From Bacteriovoracaceae bacterium (GTDB lineage: Bacteria; Bdellovibrionota; Bacteriovoracia; Bacteriovoracales; Bacteriovoracaceae), in NCBI GenBank assembly GCA_041586955.1, contig JBFGZE010000087.1, positions 1-12,674 on the forward strand: 12,674 bases of DNA, written 5' to 3'. This document shows, piece after piece, positions 1-6,689 of the stretch (the first letter of the stretch is position 1; every line of letters starts with the position of its first letter). The notes under the pieces are model-generated. The model saw nothing but the letters and a program-made list of their open reading frames with translations. It was not told the DNA's origin and searched no databases. Both the position numbers and the translations under genes were made by a program.

Positions 1-113
1 CTACAATGCGGCAAAGGCCTACGGGCTTTGAAGCGTTGGAGTTTACTCTCTCGCAGAGTGAACGAGAAGCGTAAGCGCCGAGAGATCGAATCCATTATTT
101 CGAAGAACTGTAG
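1..113 (+). other. Structured non-coding element (possible ncRNA or tRNA-associated repeat), probably truncated by the window edge
   Basis: Stacked hairpins. CAATGC(4-9)/GCGTTG(33-38) encloses CAAA(12-15)/TTTG(27-30) and GCC-TACG-GGC (17-26, UNCG tetraloop). GTTTACTCT(41-49)/AGAGTGAAC(55-63). GC-GTAA-GC(69-76). TCGAA(86-90)/TTCGA(99-103). CTACA(1-5)/TGTAG(109-113). G-U wobbles occur on the + strand. More GC-rich than the other intergenic regions. Confidence 0.4.
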
Positions 114-128
114 ATTATCAAAAATGAG

Positions 129-212
129 TGGTGGCCCGGGCGAGACTTGAACTCGCACACCCGAAGATACTTGATTTTGAATCAAGCGCGTCTACCATTC
201 CGCCACCGGGCC
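129..212 (-). tRNA. tRNA-Leu (anticodon CAA), CCA end encoded
   Basis: Reverse complement is GGCCCGGTGGCGGAATGGTAGACGCGCTTGATTCAAAATCAAGTATCTTCGGGTGTGCGAGTTCAAGTCTCGCCCGGGCCACCA. It has a 7-bp acceptor stem GGCCCGG/CCGGGCC, D-loop GG, anticodon arm CTTGA-TTCAAAA-TCAAG, a long variable arm, T-loop GTTCAAG, discriminator A and CCA. Confidence 0.97.
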
Positions 213-229
213 GTTTAGAACAGGATGGC

Positions 230-258
230 ATCTTATTAAAATCCTGGTAAACTGTAAA
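230..258 (-). promoter_or_regulatory. sigma70-type promoter for tRNA-Leu
   Basis: Minus strand TTTACA(258-253)-17 nt-TAAGAT(235-230), followed by GC-rich GCCATCC (discriminator-like), 17 nt upstream of the mature tRNA 5' end. Confidence 0.7.
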
Positions 259-289
259 GTACTACAAAATCACTTTCAAAGGTTGTGCT

Positions 290-580
290 ATGCGTATAGT
301 ATTGTTTATTTTCACCTGGTTATCACTTGGTATTCAAGCTGACGAAGCTCCCTCGAGCATCAAGGATGTTTCTGACAAGGTTATTAAAAAGAAGGGTTAT
401 TGTTCTCCTTTAGATAAATTGATGGGAGGTAAGAATTGCAAGAAGAGCGATAGCGCTAAACTTGAGGGTGAAATTCCGCCTAAGCTTAAAGAAATAGGTA
501 AAAAGATTGGTAAAAGGAATGGTTATTGTTCTCCTTTAGAGAAAGCTGCAGGTACCAAGAATTGTAAAAAAGAAGATTAA
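290..580 (+). CDS. Small secreted Lys-rich protein with two GYCSPL[DE]K-x4-KNCKK repeats
   Basis: 96 aa ORF. N-terminal signal-peptide-like segment MRIVLFIFTWLSLGIQA|D. AAGG upstream. Internal repeat with a 42-aa period. Stop codon overlaps the convergent gene (TTAA 577-580). Confidence 0.8.
   Translation: MRIVLFIFTWLSLGIQADEAPSSIKDVSDKVIKKKGYCSPLDKLMGGKNCKKSDSAKLEGEIPPKLKEIGKKIGKRNGYCSPLEKAAGTKNCKKED
395..540 (+). repeat. Intragenic direct repeat, exact 20-mer GGTTATTGTTCTCCTTTAGA twice (395-414, 521-540)
   Basis: The two copies are identical and 126 nt apart. AAGAATTG at 431-438 and 557-564 has the same 126-nt period. Both are in frame within the 290-580 ORF. Confidence 0.95.
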
Positions 581-1539
581 TTTTTAAGATGCTCCAAAGA
601 ATTACGCACGTTATATTGGTAAAACCCTTTGGGTAATAAGGCTTTTAATTCACTCGCATCAATGATGCAGGAATGCTTTATATAGTCGATGAGATACTCT
701 GGAATTTCCTTCCAAAAAAACTTTGCTGCTTTAAGAGATTGCTCCATTGCTAGGCTGGGTAATGGAATACTATTTAATTTAAGATGCTTACGTGCTTCTT
801 TAATAGAGATCACATCTTCTGGCGCAACATTATAAACGCCCAAAGGAATATTTTCTAAAGAAAATTGGATGACTTTTGCCATATCGGCTTCATGAATAAA
901 TTGAAACATGGGATTAAAATCCATACAGACCGGTAACCAATTTCCTCTGAGGTAGCGACTCATGGCATTTTGGATAGTGGGGCCAATAATGGAGCATGGC
1001 CTTAAGATGACCATTTCTCTACTTGTTTGATTTTTCCACATCCAGCTGCAGGTCATCTGATCAAGCTCTACAACATCTCTTAACTCGGGGTATTTAATGG
1101 AAGCTCTTAAAGGATAATCCTCGGTAATAAAAACGGGGTTATCTGAGAGGGCTCCATAGACGTGATAGGTACTTAGGAAAATTATTTTTTTGATATCAAA
1201 CTTTTCGGCCAGGTCTAAAATGCGTTTGGTTCCAATGAGGTTAAGATCGAGCCTACGAGAGAGGGAGTTTGAGCTTTCCAGGTTGGCGTGGGAAATACGG
1301 CCAAGATGGATGATTGTGTCGAATGAGTGTTCTCGAAAGAGGCGTTCGAAGTCTCCTCGAGTATAGCGGAGTTTAATAAAGTGTACTCGGGTAGAGGGAA
1401 GCTTGGTATTAAGGGGACGATTATCAATACCGATAATTTTACAGAGGGGATTACCTTTAATGATCCTCTTTGCGGTCAGTTGGGCCAAGCCGCCGGCCAT
1501 GCCAATGATTAATATTTTATTTGCTTGGTATTTGGCCAT
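577..1539 (-). CDS. NAD-dependent epimerase/dehydratase-family (extended SDR) protein, atypical
   Basis: Rossmann start ILIIGMAGGLA, IIGID, DTIIHLG, N-x-x-GT, IIFLSTYHVYG, LRPCSIIGP, FQFIHEAD, GVYNVA. Start directly abuts the acyltransferase stop. Confidence 0.88.
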   Translation of the reverse strand: MAKYQANKILIIGMAGGLAQLTAKRIIKGNPLCKIIGIDNRPLNTKLPSTRVHFIKLRYTRGDFERLFREHSFDTIIHLGRISHANLESSNSLSRRLDLNLIGTKRILDLAEKFDIKKIIFLSTYHVYGALSDNPVFITEDYPLRASIKYPELRDVVELDQMTCSWMWKNQTSREMVILRPCSIIGPTIQNAMSRYLRGNWLPVCMDFNPMFQFIHEADMAKVIQFSLENIPLGVYNVAPEDVISIKEARKHLKLNSIPLPSLAMEQSLKAAKFFWKEIPEYLIDYIKHSCIIDASELKALLPKGFYQYNVRNSLEHLKN

Positions 1540-2391
1540 TTATTGTTTCTCTTGATTGGTGTTGGCAAAAAAGGGTCGTCTTTTTTTGAGTCCTTTTTGT
1601 GTCATTTGTGAAATTTGATTTTTGATTTGATTAATATATTGATCGATAACTTCATCTGTAGCATCCTCCGAAACTTCCTCAGGCAGGCTAAATTCTTGAC
1701 CAATATGAATATCAATGGGCGAGGGCAATGGAAAGTAATTTAAGGAAAGTGGCAGGGCCGGAAGTTTTAGCATTTTTGCCAGTGATTTCGCCTGGTAGAC
1801 CCAGGGGAAAGTTTCTTCTGCCCCTATGACGGCAATGGGTAAGATGGGGGTTTTCGTTTGCAAGGCAATTCGAAAAAAACCTCGAGTAAAGTTTTGTAAT
1901 TGGTAATAATCAGATGTGCTTTTGGCAACACCTTTAACGCCCTCGGGGAAGACCAGAACGGATTCTCCTCTCTTGAGGAGATTGAGGCAATTTTGTCTAT
2001 CTCCTAATACTGCTCCACCTTCGGCCGCCCAGGTATTAAGGAAGGGGAGTTTTGTAAAGAAACGTTCGACCATTGCCCTTAAAATTCGCGGCGGTTTAAT
2101 TTCGGTGGCAAAAGCGGTAGCGATCAGCATACCATCAATGGCAATTTGTCCGGTGTGGTTAGAGATGACGACATAGGGTCTGTCCTTAACATTTTCTTTG
2201 CCAAATAAGCGAACTTTAAAATAGTTTTTATAAATGGGGTAAACAATCTCCATATTCTTACGAGCATTTTTTAAATGAAGGCCCCAGGCATCCTCACCAC
2301 TAGGATACTTTTTTTGAAAAAACCTGAATGTCTTATCAAAAAAGTCAGACTGACGTTTTGTGATAAGTATATTTTTTAAAATTTTAAGCAT
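1540..2391 (-). CDS. Lysophospholipid/acylglycerol acyltransferase (LPLAT, MGAT/DGAT2-like subgroup)
   Basis: Motifs VVISNHTGQIAIDG, VLVFPEG, F-x-RGFFRIA, TPILPIAVIGAEE, PLP...IHIGQ, typical of the PlsC-fold MGAT-like acyltransferases. Confidence 0.9.
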   Translation of the reverse strand: MLKILKNILITKRQSDFFDKTFRFFQKKYPSGEDAWGLHLKNARKNMEIVYPIYKNYFKVRLFGKENVKDRPYVVISNHTGQIAIDGMLIATAFATEIKPPRILRAMVERFFTKLPFLNTWAAEGGAVLGDRQNCLNLLKRGESVLVFPEGVKGVAKSTSDYYQLQNFTRGFFRIALQTKTPILPIAVIGAEETFPWVYQAKSLAKMLKLPALPLSLNYFPLPSPIDIHIGQEFSLPEEVSEDATDEVIDQYINQIKNQISQMTQKGLKKRRPFFANTNQEKQ

Positions 2392-2448
2392 AGGTGACCG
2401 TTCGTGTAGTAAATAATCATTGTCTTCATTTTAACAAATTCTAAATTC

Positions 2449-2477
2449 TTCACAACAAAGGTCTTAATAGTTATAAT
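2449..2477 (+). promoter_or_regulatory. sigma70-type promoter for the 2504-2815 gene
   Basis: TTCACA(2449-2454)-17 nt-TATAAT(2472-2477). A possible divergent extended -10 (TGTTAAAAT, minus strand 2436-2428) serves the acyltransferase. Confidence 0.7.
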
Positions 2478-2503
2478 TTGTATTGAATATTAAGGAGTCA
2501 AAT

Positions 2504-2815
2504 ATGACAGATAAAGGCCAAGACTGGAAGGACAGATTTCACGATATTTTTAATATCTGTCAAGAGGAAGTCAAAAAAACGACTGAAATTGGAAAAAGGA
2601 TGTTATCGGCTTCAAAGGCCAAAGGTCAATTAAACGAAGCTTATTCGGAATTAGGATCTTTGGCATTCTCTGCACTGAATAAGGGGGAGCTAACTAGCGA
2701 TGACCCTCGCGTTGCTGAATTAATGACCAAGATTAAGAATTATGAAGCGGATTTAGAAAATATTGAAAAGGAAGTGAATACCATTCGCTTTTCAGAGGAT
2801 AGTAACGACTCATAA
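2504..2815 (+). CDS. Hypothetical small alpha-helical/coiled-coil protein
   Basis: The ORF track starts at TTG 2483, but AAGGAG (2492-2497) precedes ATG 2504, which is the better start (103 aa). Charged helical pattern ...LNEAYSELGSLAF...LMTKIKNYEADLENIEKEVN. Confidence 0.75.
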   Translation: MTDKGQDWKDRFHDIFNICQEEVKKTTEIGKRMLSASKAKGQLNEAYSELGSLAFSALNKGELTSDDPRVAELMTKIKNYEADLENIEKEVNTIRFSEDSNDS

Positions 2816-3466
2816 AAGGCGAAGGAAGTGGTTGACGATTCCGCTTTCTAACTGTGGAACACCTGTCTTCTTTTCTGCAGATACCGTAAAGATTTGTTGG
2901 GCCATGGTGACTTCTTCTAAAATCTTTGGCATCTGACTTTTAAGCTTCGCTCTATCTTTTTGAGTTTTTAATTTATCTAATTTATTAAATGCGATACTAA
3001 TATGACCATCCCATTTTTTTAGTATTTTTAGAAAATGGGTGTCTGCGGTTTGCAATGGGTGGCGAGCATCTTGGACATTGATAAGGTGGATATTAGTGGA
3101 GGCCTGTCCAAAAAATATTTGCATTAATTCATCCCAATTTCTGGCCATCTCTTTTGAAATTTCAGCATGGCCGTAACCTGGGAGATCAAAGAGAAATAAC
3201 TCTTTTTCTGTTTCAATCGGGCGTCCATTCTCTTCTAAAGCGATATTAAAAATATTAATTTCTCTTGTGCGTCCTGGTGTTTTTGAGGTTCTGGCAGTTT
3301 TTCGGCCGAAAAGAGTATTGATAAGGCTGGACTTACCGACATTTGAACGACCAACAAAGGCGACACCTATGGCCTTGGGGTTTTCTTGAAACCAAGTCAT
3401 TAATTGCTCGGGAGAGCTAAAGCCATAGGCAAATTGGGTATTACCCTTTGATAGTTTTAGTTCCAT
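2810..3466 (-). CDS. engB: Ribosome biogenesis GTP-binding protein YihA/EngB (YsxC)
   Basis: G1 VAFVGRSNVGKSSLIN, G2 SKTPGRT, G3 DLPGYG, DARH, G4 NKLD, G5 SAEK. SD AGGAG at 3477-3473. Confidence 0.95.
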   Translation of the reverse strand: MELKLSKGNTQFAYGFSSPEQLMTWFQENPKAIGVAFVGRSNVGKSSLINTLFGRKTARTSKTPGRTREINIFNIALEENGRPIETEKELFLFDLPGYGHAEISKEMARNWDELMQIFFGQASTNIHLINVQDARHPLQTADTHFLKILKKWDGHISIAFNKLDKLKTQKDRAKLKSQMPKILEEVTMAQQIFTVSAEKKTGVPQLESGIVNHFLRLL

Positions 3467-3554
3467 GTGGTTCTCCTTGAGTCTTAATGGTTGATATCAA
3501 TACCATTTTTAACTTAGAATTCAATATAAGATCCTAAAAACAGGTGATTTTTAT

Positions 3555-3571
3555 CTGGCACAGGGCCTGAA
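3555..3571 (+). promoter_or_regulatory. Candidate sigma54 (-24/-12) promoter upstream of the enhancer-binding protein gene
   Basis: CTGGCACAGGGCCTGAA. Perfect TGGCAC -24 element, with GG-N10-GA in place of the canonical GG-N10-GC. Confidence 0.45.
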
Positions 3572-3613
3572 ATGAGAAGGAGGAAAGAACCTTTTTCTTC
3601 ACTTGGGGGCCTT

Positions 3614-4936
3614 ATGGTGCAAAAAGTCGCGATCCTTTCTAATTTATCAATTAAAGAAAATGGCCTGGGCCTTGGTGATCGTCTTGAGCTAACCCCTCTC
3701 AATGCTCGTAAAAGGACCCTTAAATTGATGAAAACTCATTATAAATTTGTGATTCGTCAGGGGGTTGAATACCAGCAAAAAGGTGAAGAAATTTGGTTAC
3801 CCGGCCTAAAGGAGGAGGAGGGGGAATTCTCCCTGGATTTATGGGGAGAGGGCAAGGATCATGATAAAAGATATTTATTGAGGGCCCTTAGCTCTAACTA
3901 CTTTAAGGTCAACGAGCAGTGGTGTGCTGAGGTCTTTCTTCAGCGGTACAGTACTATTTATTTGGGTTTTAATCGTATTGAGACTAAAAATAATTTATCC
4001 CATAGCAAAAAATCAGATGATGATGAAATAGATAAAAGGGAATTGTTTTTTGAAAAGTGGGGCCAATCTAATTTACCCCTCCTATTAAAAGGAGAGACAG
4101 GGAGTGGCAAGTCCCATATGGCCAAATCGATTGCCAATAAACTTTTCCCTGAAAAAAAATTTATTCATATTAATATTTCTTCTTTTTCCCCCTCATTGTT
4201 GGAGTCAGAATTATTTGGCCATGAAAAGGGGGCCTTTACGGGGGCGCATCAGAATAAATTGGGAGCTTTACGAGAGTCTCATTATGGGGTTCTCTATCTC
4301 GATGAAATTGACTCTTTGTCATTGGAGTTACAAACTAAATTATTATTATTTTTTGATAATAATGAGGTTCGACCAGTAGGTGGGGCGCGAAGTTACCCAG
4401 TCCAGAATAAATTAATTATCTCCACGGGCCGGTCACTTGATGACTTGTTAAAGGCCGGAAAAATAAGAAGCGATTTTTATTTTCGTCTTCACTCAGGCCT
4501 AGAATTTGAATTAGGGCCATTACGTCAGCGGCTAAATTCTATTCAAGAGATATTAGATTTATTTATGGTTCAACATAAGGTTCATTTTTCTCGTCAATTA
4601 ACCCAATTCATCCTCAATTATTCATGGCCTGGGAATTATCGTCAATTAATGGGATATTTAAAGAAAAAGGCGCTATTGGAAGGTCCTGGATATTTAGACG
4701 TGTCTTTAATTGATGAGAATTTACTCAATATCAAAAAACTCAATTCTATGGGTGAGTTAGAAGTGTTTCGACCCTTAGAAGAGGTCAAAAATGATTATAT
4801 AAAGCGTGCTTATATAAGCTTTGATCAGAAAGTTGATATGGTCTCTAATGTTCTTAAAATCTCCCCCTATAAAATTAAAAATGCATTAGAGGATTTTAAA
4901 GGTAAGGAAAGGGAAGCATTTAAAAAAGTTATTTAG
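3614..4936 (+). CDS. Sigma54-dependent transcriptional activator (bEBP, AAA+) with FHA-like N-terminus and Fis-type HTH
   Basis: Walker A GETGSGKS, ESELFGHEKGAFTGA (intact GAFTGA), Walker B LYLDEID, LQTKLL, RSDFYFRL, YSWPGNYRQL, C-terminal LEEVKNDYIKRA...VLKIS helix pattern. The ORF is open from ATG 3572. ATG 3614 (GGGGG at 3605-3609) is preferred, but the start is uncertain. Confidence 0.9.
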   Translation: MVQKVAILSNLSIKENGLGLGDRLELTPLNARKRTLKLMKTHYKFVIRQGVEYQQKGEEIWLPGLKEEEGEFSLDLWGEGKDHDKRYLLRALSSNYFKVNEQWCAEVFLQRYSTIYLGFNRIETKNNLSHSKKSDDDEIDKRELFFEKWGQSNLPLLLKGETGSGKSHMAKSIANKLFPEKKFIHINISSFSPSLLESELFGHEKGAFTGAHQNKLGALRESHYGVLYLDEIDSLSLELQTKLLLFFDNNEVRPVGGARSYPVQNKLIISTGRSLDDLLKAGKIRSDFYFRLHSGLEFELGPLRQRLNSIQEILDLFMVQHKVHFSRQLTQFILNYSWPGNYRQLMGYLKKKALLEGPGYLDVSLIDENLLNIKKLNSMGELEVFRPLEEVKNDYIKRAYISFDQKVDMVSNVLKISPYKIKNALEDFKGKEREAFKKVI

Positions 4937-5817
4937 GCGCCGAGCATAGAGTGAATATTGATCTCATCAATTTCTCCCTTGATTTCAAGCTCTTTAAGAA
5001 GTGCGTTTAATTCTACCTTTATTTTATCTTTGATGATTTGTTTTCCCTCTTGGGATTCGACTGGAAACTCGATGCTCATCGTTTCAATAGTGGAATGCAG
5101 TTTATTTGTAATTAAATAAGGGTTCTCCCATAAATAAGCGCGAATATACTTATTGGAGGCCTTAACTGTAAAATCTAAGTTGAGCACTTTCATCCCTCCG
5201 GTATTCACCAGATGAACGGGGAAAATAAAATTGCGTACCAGAAACTCTTTGTCAGTGCGACGAAAATAAGCAGGTCGTCGACTTGTCCCATCAGCGTCTT
5301 TAACTTTTTCTACCATTTCTGCAGCAGGTGAACGGGCCGCCTTTTCCGCAATTTTTTTACTATTTTTATAAACGGTGATCCCCGTTAAGGAACCCACTGT
5401 TGAGAGTGTTACAAAAGCGACGAGGGCCTTTGGTTTGAGAGTGAAAACCCAATGAGTACATTTTTTTAAAGGAGGGGCAAAGATCGCAAAGATGGCCAGA
5501 ACAATCTTTTTTAAGATTGAGGGGGTTAGTCGAAAGTCTTTCGCCTCAACCAAAGAGTTGAGGGCAGAGTCTTTGGTTTTGTGCCAGTTTTTAGTTGATT
5601 TTTTTTTCAAGTTAATAAGGTCTGATTGCGCTTTATTCTTTTTTTCGACTAGACCTTTACCAAGTAGGACCTTTTTCTCCGCAAAATTTTCCTGAAAATC
5701 AACAACGGACTCTAGGATCTTTTTTGGGGTAATCTTTTTGGTTGCCGAAGATGCCTGCTCGCCTACATTTGATAAAATGCGGTTGATACCATCTTCAATT
5801 TTCATAAACTTCTTCAA
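4933..5817 (-). CDS. FliL-like membrane protein with long basic N-terminal extension
   Basis: Hydrophobic segment LVAFVTLSTVGSLTGITVY, then a C-terminal domain ending EGKQIIKDKIKVELNALLKELEIKGEIDEINIHSM that resembles the FliL C-terminus. SD GGAGG at 5826-5822 before TTG. Upstream sigma28-like promoter. Confidence 0.65.
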   Translation of the reverse strand: MKKFMKIEDGINRILSNVGEQASSATKKITPKKILESVVDFQENFAEKKVLLGKGLVEKKNKAQSDLINLKKKSTKNWHKTKDSALNSLVEAKDFRLTPSILKKIVLAIFAIFAPPLKKCTHWVFTLKPKALVAFVTLSTVGSLTGITVYKNSKKIAEKAARSPAAEMVEKVKDADGTSRRPAYFRRTDKEFLVRNFIFPVHLVNTGGMKVLNLDFTVKASNKYIRAYLWENPYLITNKLHSTIETMSIEFPVESQEGKQIIKDKIKVELNALLKELEIKGEIDEINIHSMLGA

Positions 5818-5846
5818 AAAACCTCCAAAGGGCCTTATTCAAAGAT

Positions 5847-5874
5847 TTATCGGTTATTTGATTAAAATACTTTA
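5847..5874 (-). promoter_or_regulatory. sigma28 (FliA/SigD)-type promoter
   Basis: Minus strand TAAA(5874-5871)-16 nt-ACCGATAA(5854-5847), against consensus TAAA-N15/16-GCCGATAA. Lies about 30 nt upstream of the FliL-like start. Confidence 0.7.
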
Positions 5875-6035
5875 TTATAGGCCATAATGTTTTTCTAGTT
5901 GAGCGAAACGCTCGGCCAAGCCGTTAAAATAAGTAGATTTTTCCCCTTTTTACTTAAACTCTCACTTTCCTTCATCCAACGCAGATTTTGTTCGAATAGC
6001 CCAGTAGTTGGGGCATCGGGCCTCGCGGAGGGATT

Positions 6036-6689
6036 ATGCAGAATTCTAAGTATTTGATTATACTGTCTGTTCTTTTATTAAGCAGTTGCGCCGCCTTTTT
6101 AAAGAAAAGGACCTTTATCGATGAAATGGATCGTACCTCGGAGGGACTTTTTGTTCCAGGCCAAGATTTTAATGTCACGCCAGGAGACCGATCTGATTCG
6201 GCCTACCGTTCTCGTGAGGAAATCTTAAAGAGGACACCGGCATCCTTTGAGAGAGAACAGCTTGAAAACAGTAAATCTCTCAACCACGAATTAGTGATGA
6301 AAGAGCGCAATTTAAATCAAGAGGAGTATGAGCAATACGCTCATGTTTCACCATATCTCGAGTCTACTTCTGAAAAGATATATTTTCTAAGCTTATCATC
6401 AGAGGAAAAGCGAGACTATGTCGACTCAATGCGATTAGAAGAGTATCACGAAAGGGTCGGCCGTGATGGCCGTAGTCTTGCCAGTTTGGATCTTATCAAA
6501 AGGAGAGACCGGGATATTCAGGTAGGGATGACCAAAGATGATGTTCGCCGCCAATGGGGCCCGGCCTTTCGTATTGACGTGGCAGGTGACCCTATTCGCG
6601 AAAATGAGCGCTGGTCTTTTCAACAAAATGGCAGGATGCGCTATGTGTTTTTTGAGCAAGGCGTCGTCCAGGGGTGGAGCCTTGAATAA
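6036..6689 (+). CDS. Lipoprotein with C-terminal SmpA/OmlA (BamE)-like domain
   Basis: Lipobox LLSS-C after a hydrophobic signal. C-terminal IQVGMTKDDVRRQWGP...ERWSF...YVFFEQGVVQGW matches the GMT-x-x-[DE]V...G-P / W-x-Y / F-x-x-G-x-V pattern. SD GGAGG at 6027-6031. Confidence 0.75.
   Translation: MQNSKYLIILSVLLLSSCAAFLKKRTFIDEMDRTSEGLFVPGQDFNVTPGDRSDSAYRSREEILKRTPASFEREQLENSKSLNHELVMKERNLNQEEYEQYAHVSPYLESTSEKIYFLSLSSEEKRDYVDSMRLEEYHERVGRDGRSLASLDLIKRRDRDIQVGMTKDDVRRQWGPAFRIDVAGDPIRENERWSFQQNGRMRYVFFEQGVVQGWSLE

Noticed and set aside
1..113. tmRNA, 6S, SRP or RNase P identity, or a CDS, for the left-edge element
   Set aside because: No tag ending in AA-stop, no tRNA-like CCA end and no recognisable SRP or RNase P signature. 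Two + frames stop early and the third runs into the tRNA without a recognisable product.
129..212. Prophage or genomic island integrated at tRNA-Leu
   Set aside because: No integrase and no duplicated tRNA 3' end in the window. The 3' side is mostly outside the window, so it cannot be supported here.
395..540. CRISPR array from the exact 20-nt direct repeat
   Set aside because: Only two copies, a 126-nt in-frame period inside a coding ORF, no palindrome and no cas genes. It is a protein repeat.
1215..2176. Short ORFs 1215-1427(-), 1327-1512(+), 1916-2176(+)
   Set aside because: Shadow or alternate-frame ORFs inside well-supported genes, with no motifs.
3572..3613. ATG 3572 as start of the sigma54 activator
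   Set aside because: No SD in front of it and it lies immediately after the candidate -12 element. ATG 3614 is preferred, though not proven.
5877..5904. dif (XerCD) site: ATAGGCCATAA-TGTTTT-TCTAGTTGAGC
   Set aside because: CATAATGT matches, but the normally highly conserved XerD arm (TTATGTTAAAT) matches at only about 5 of 11 positions.
5818..6035. c-di-GMP riboswitch in the FliL-like/lipoprotein intergenic region
   Set aside because: No GEMM-type GGCAAA / GNRA-receptor / GCAAA architecture on either strand.
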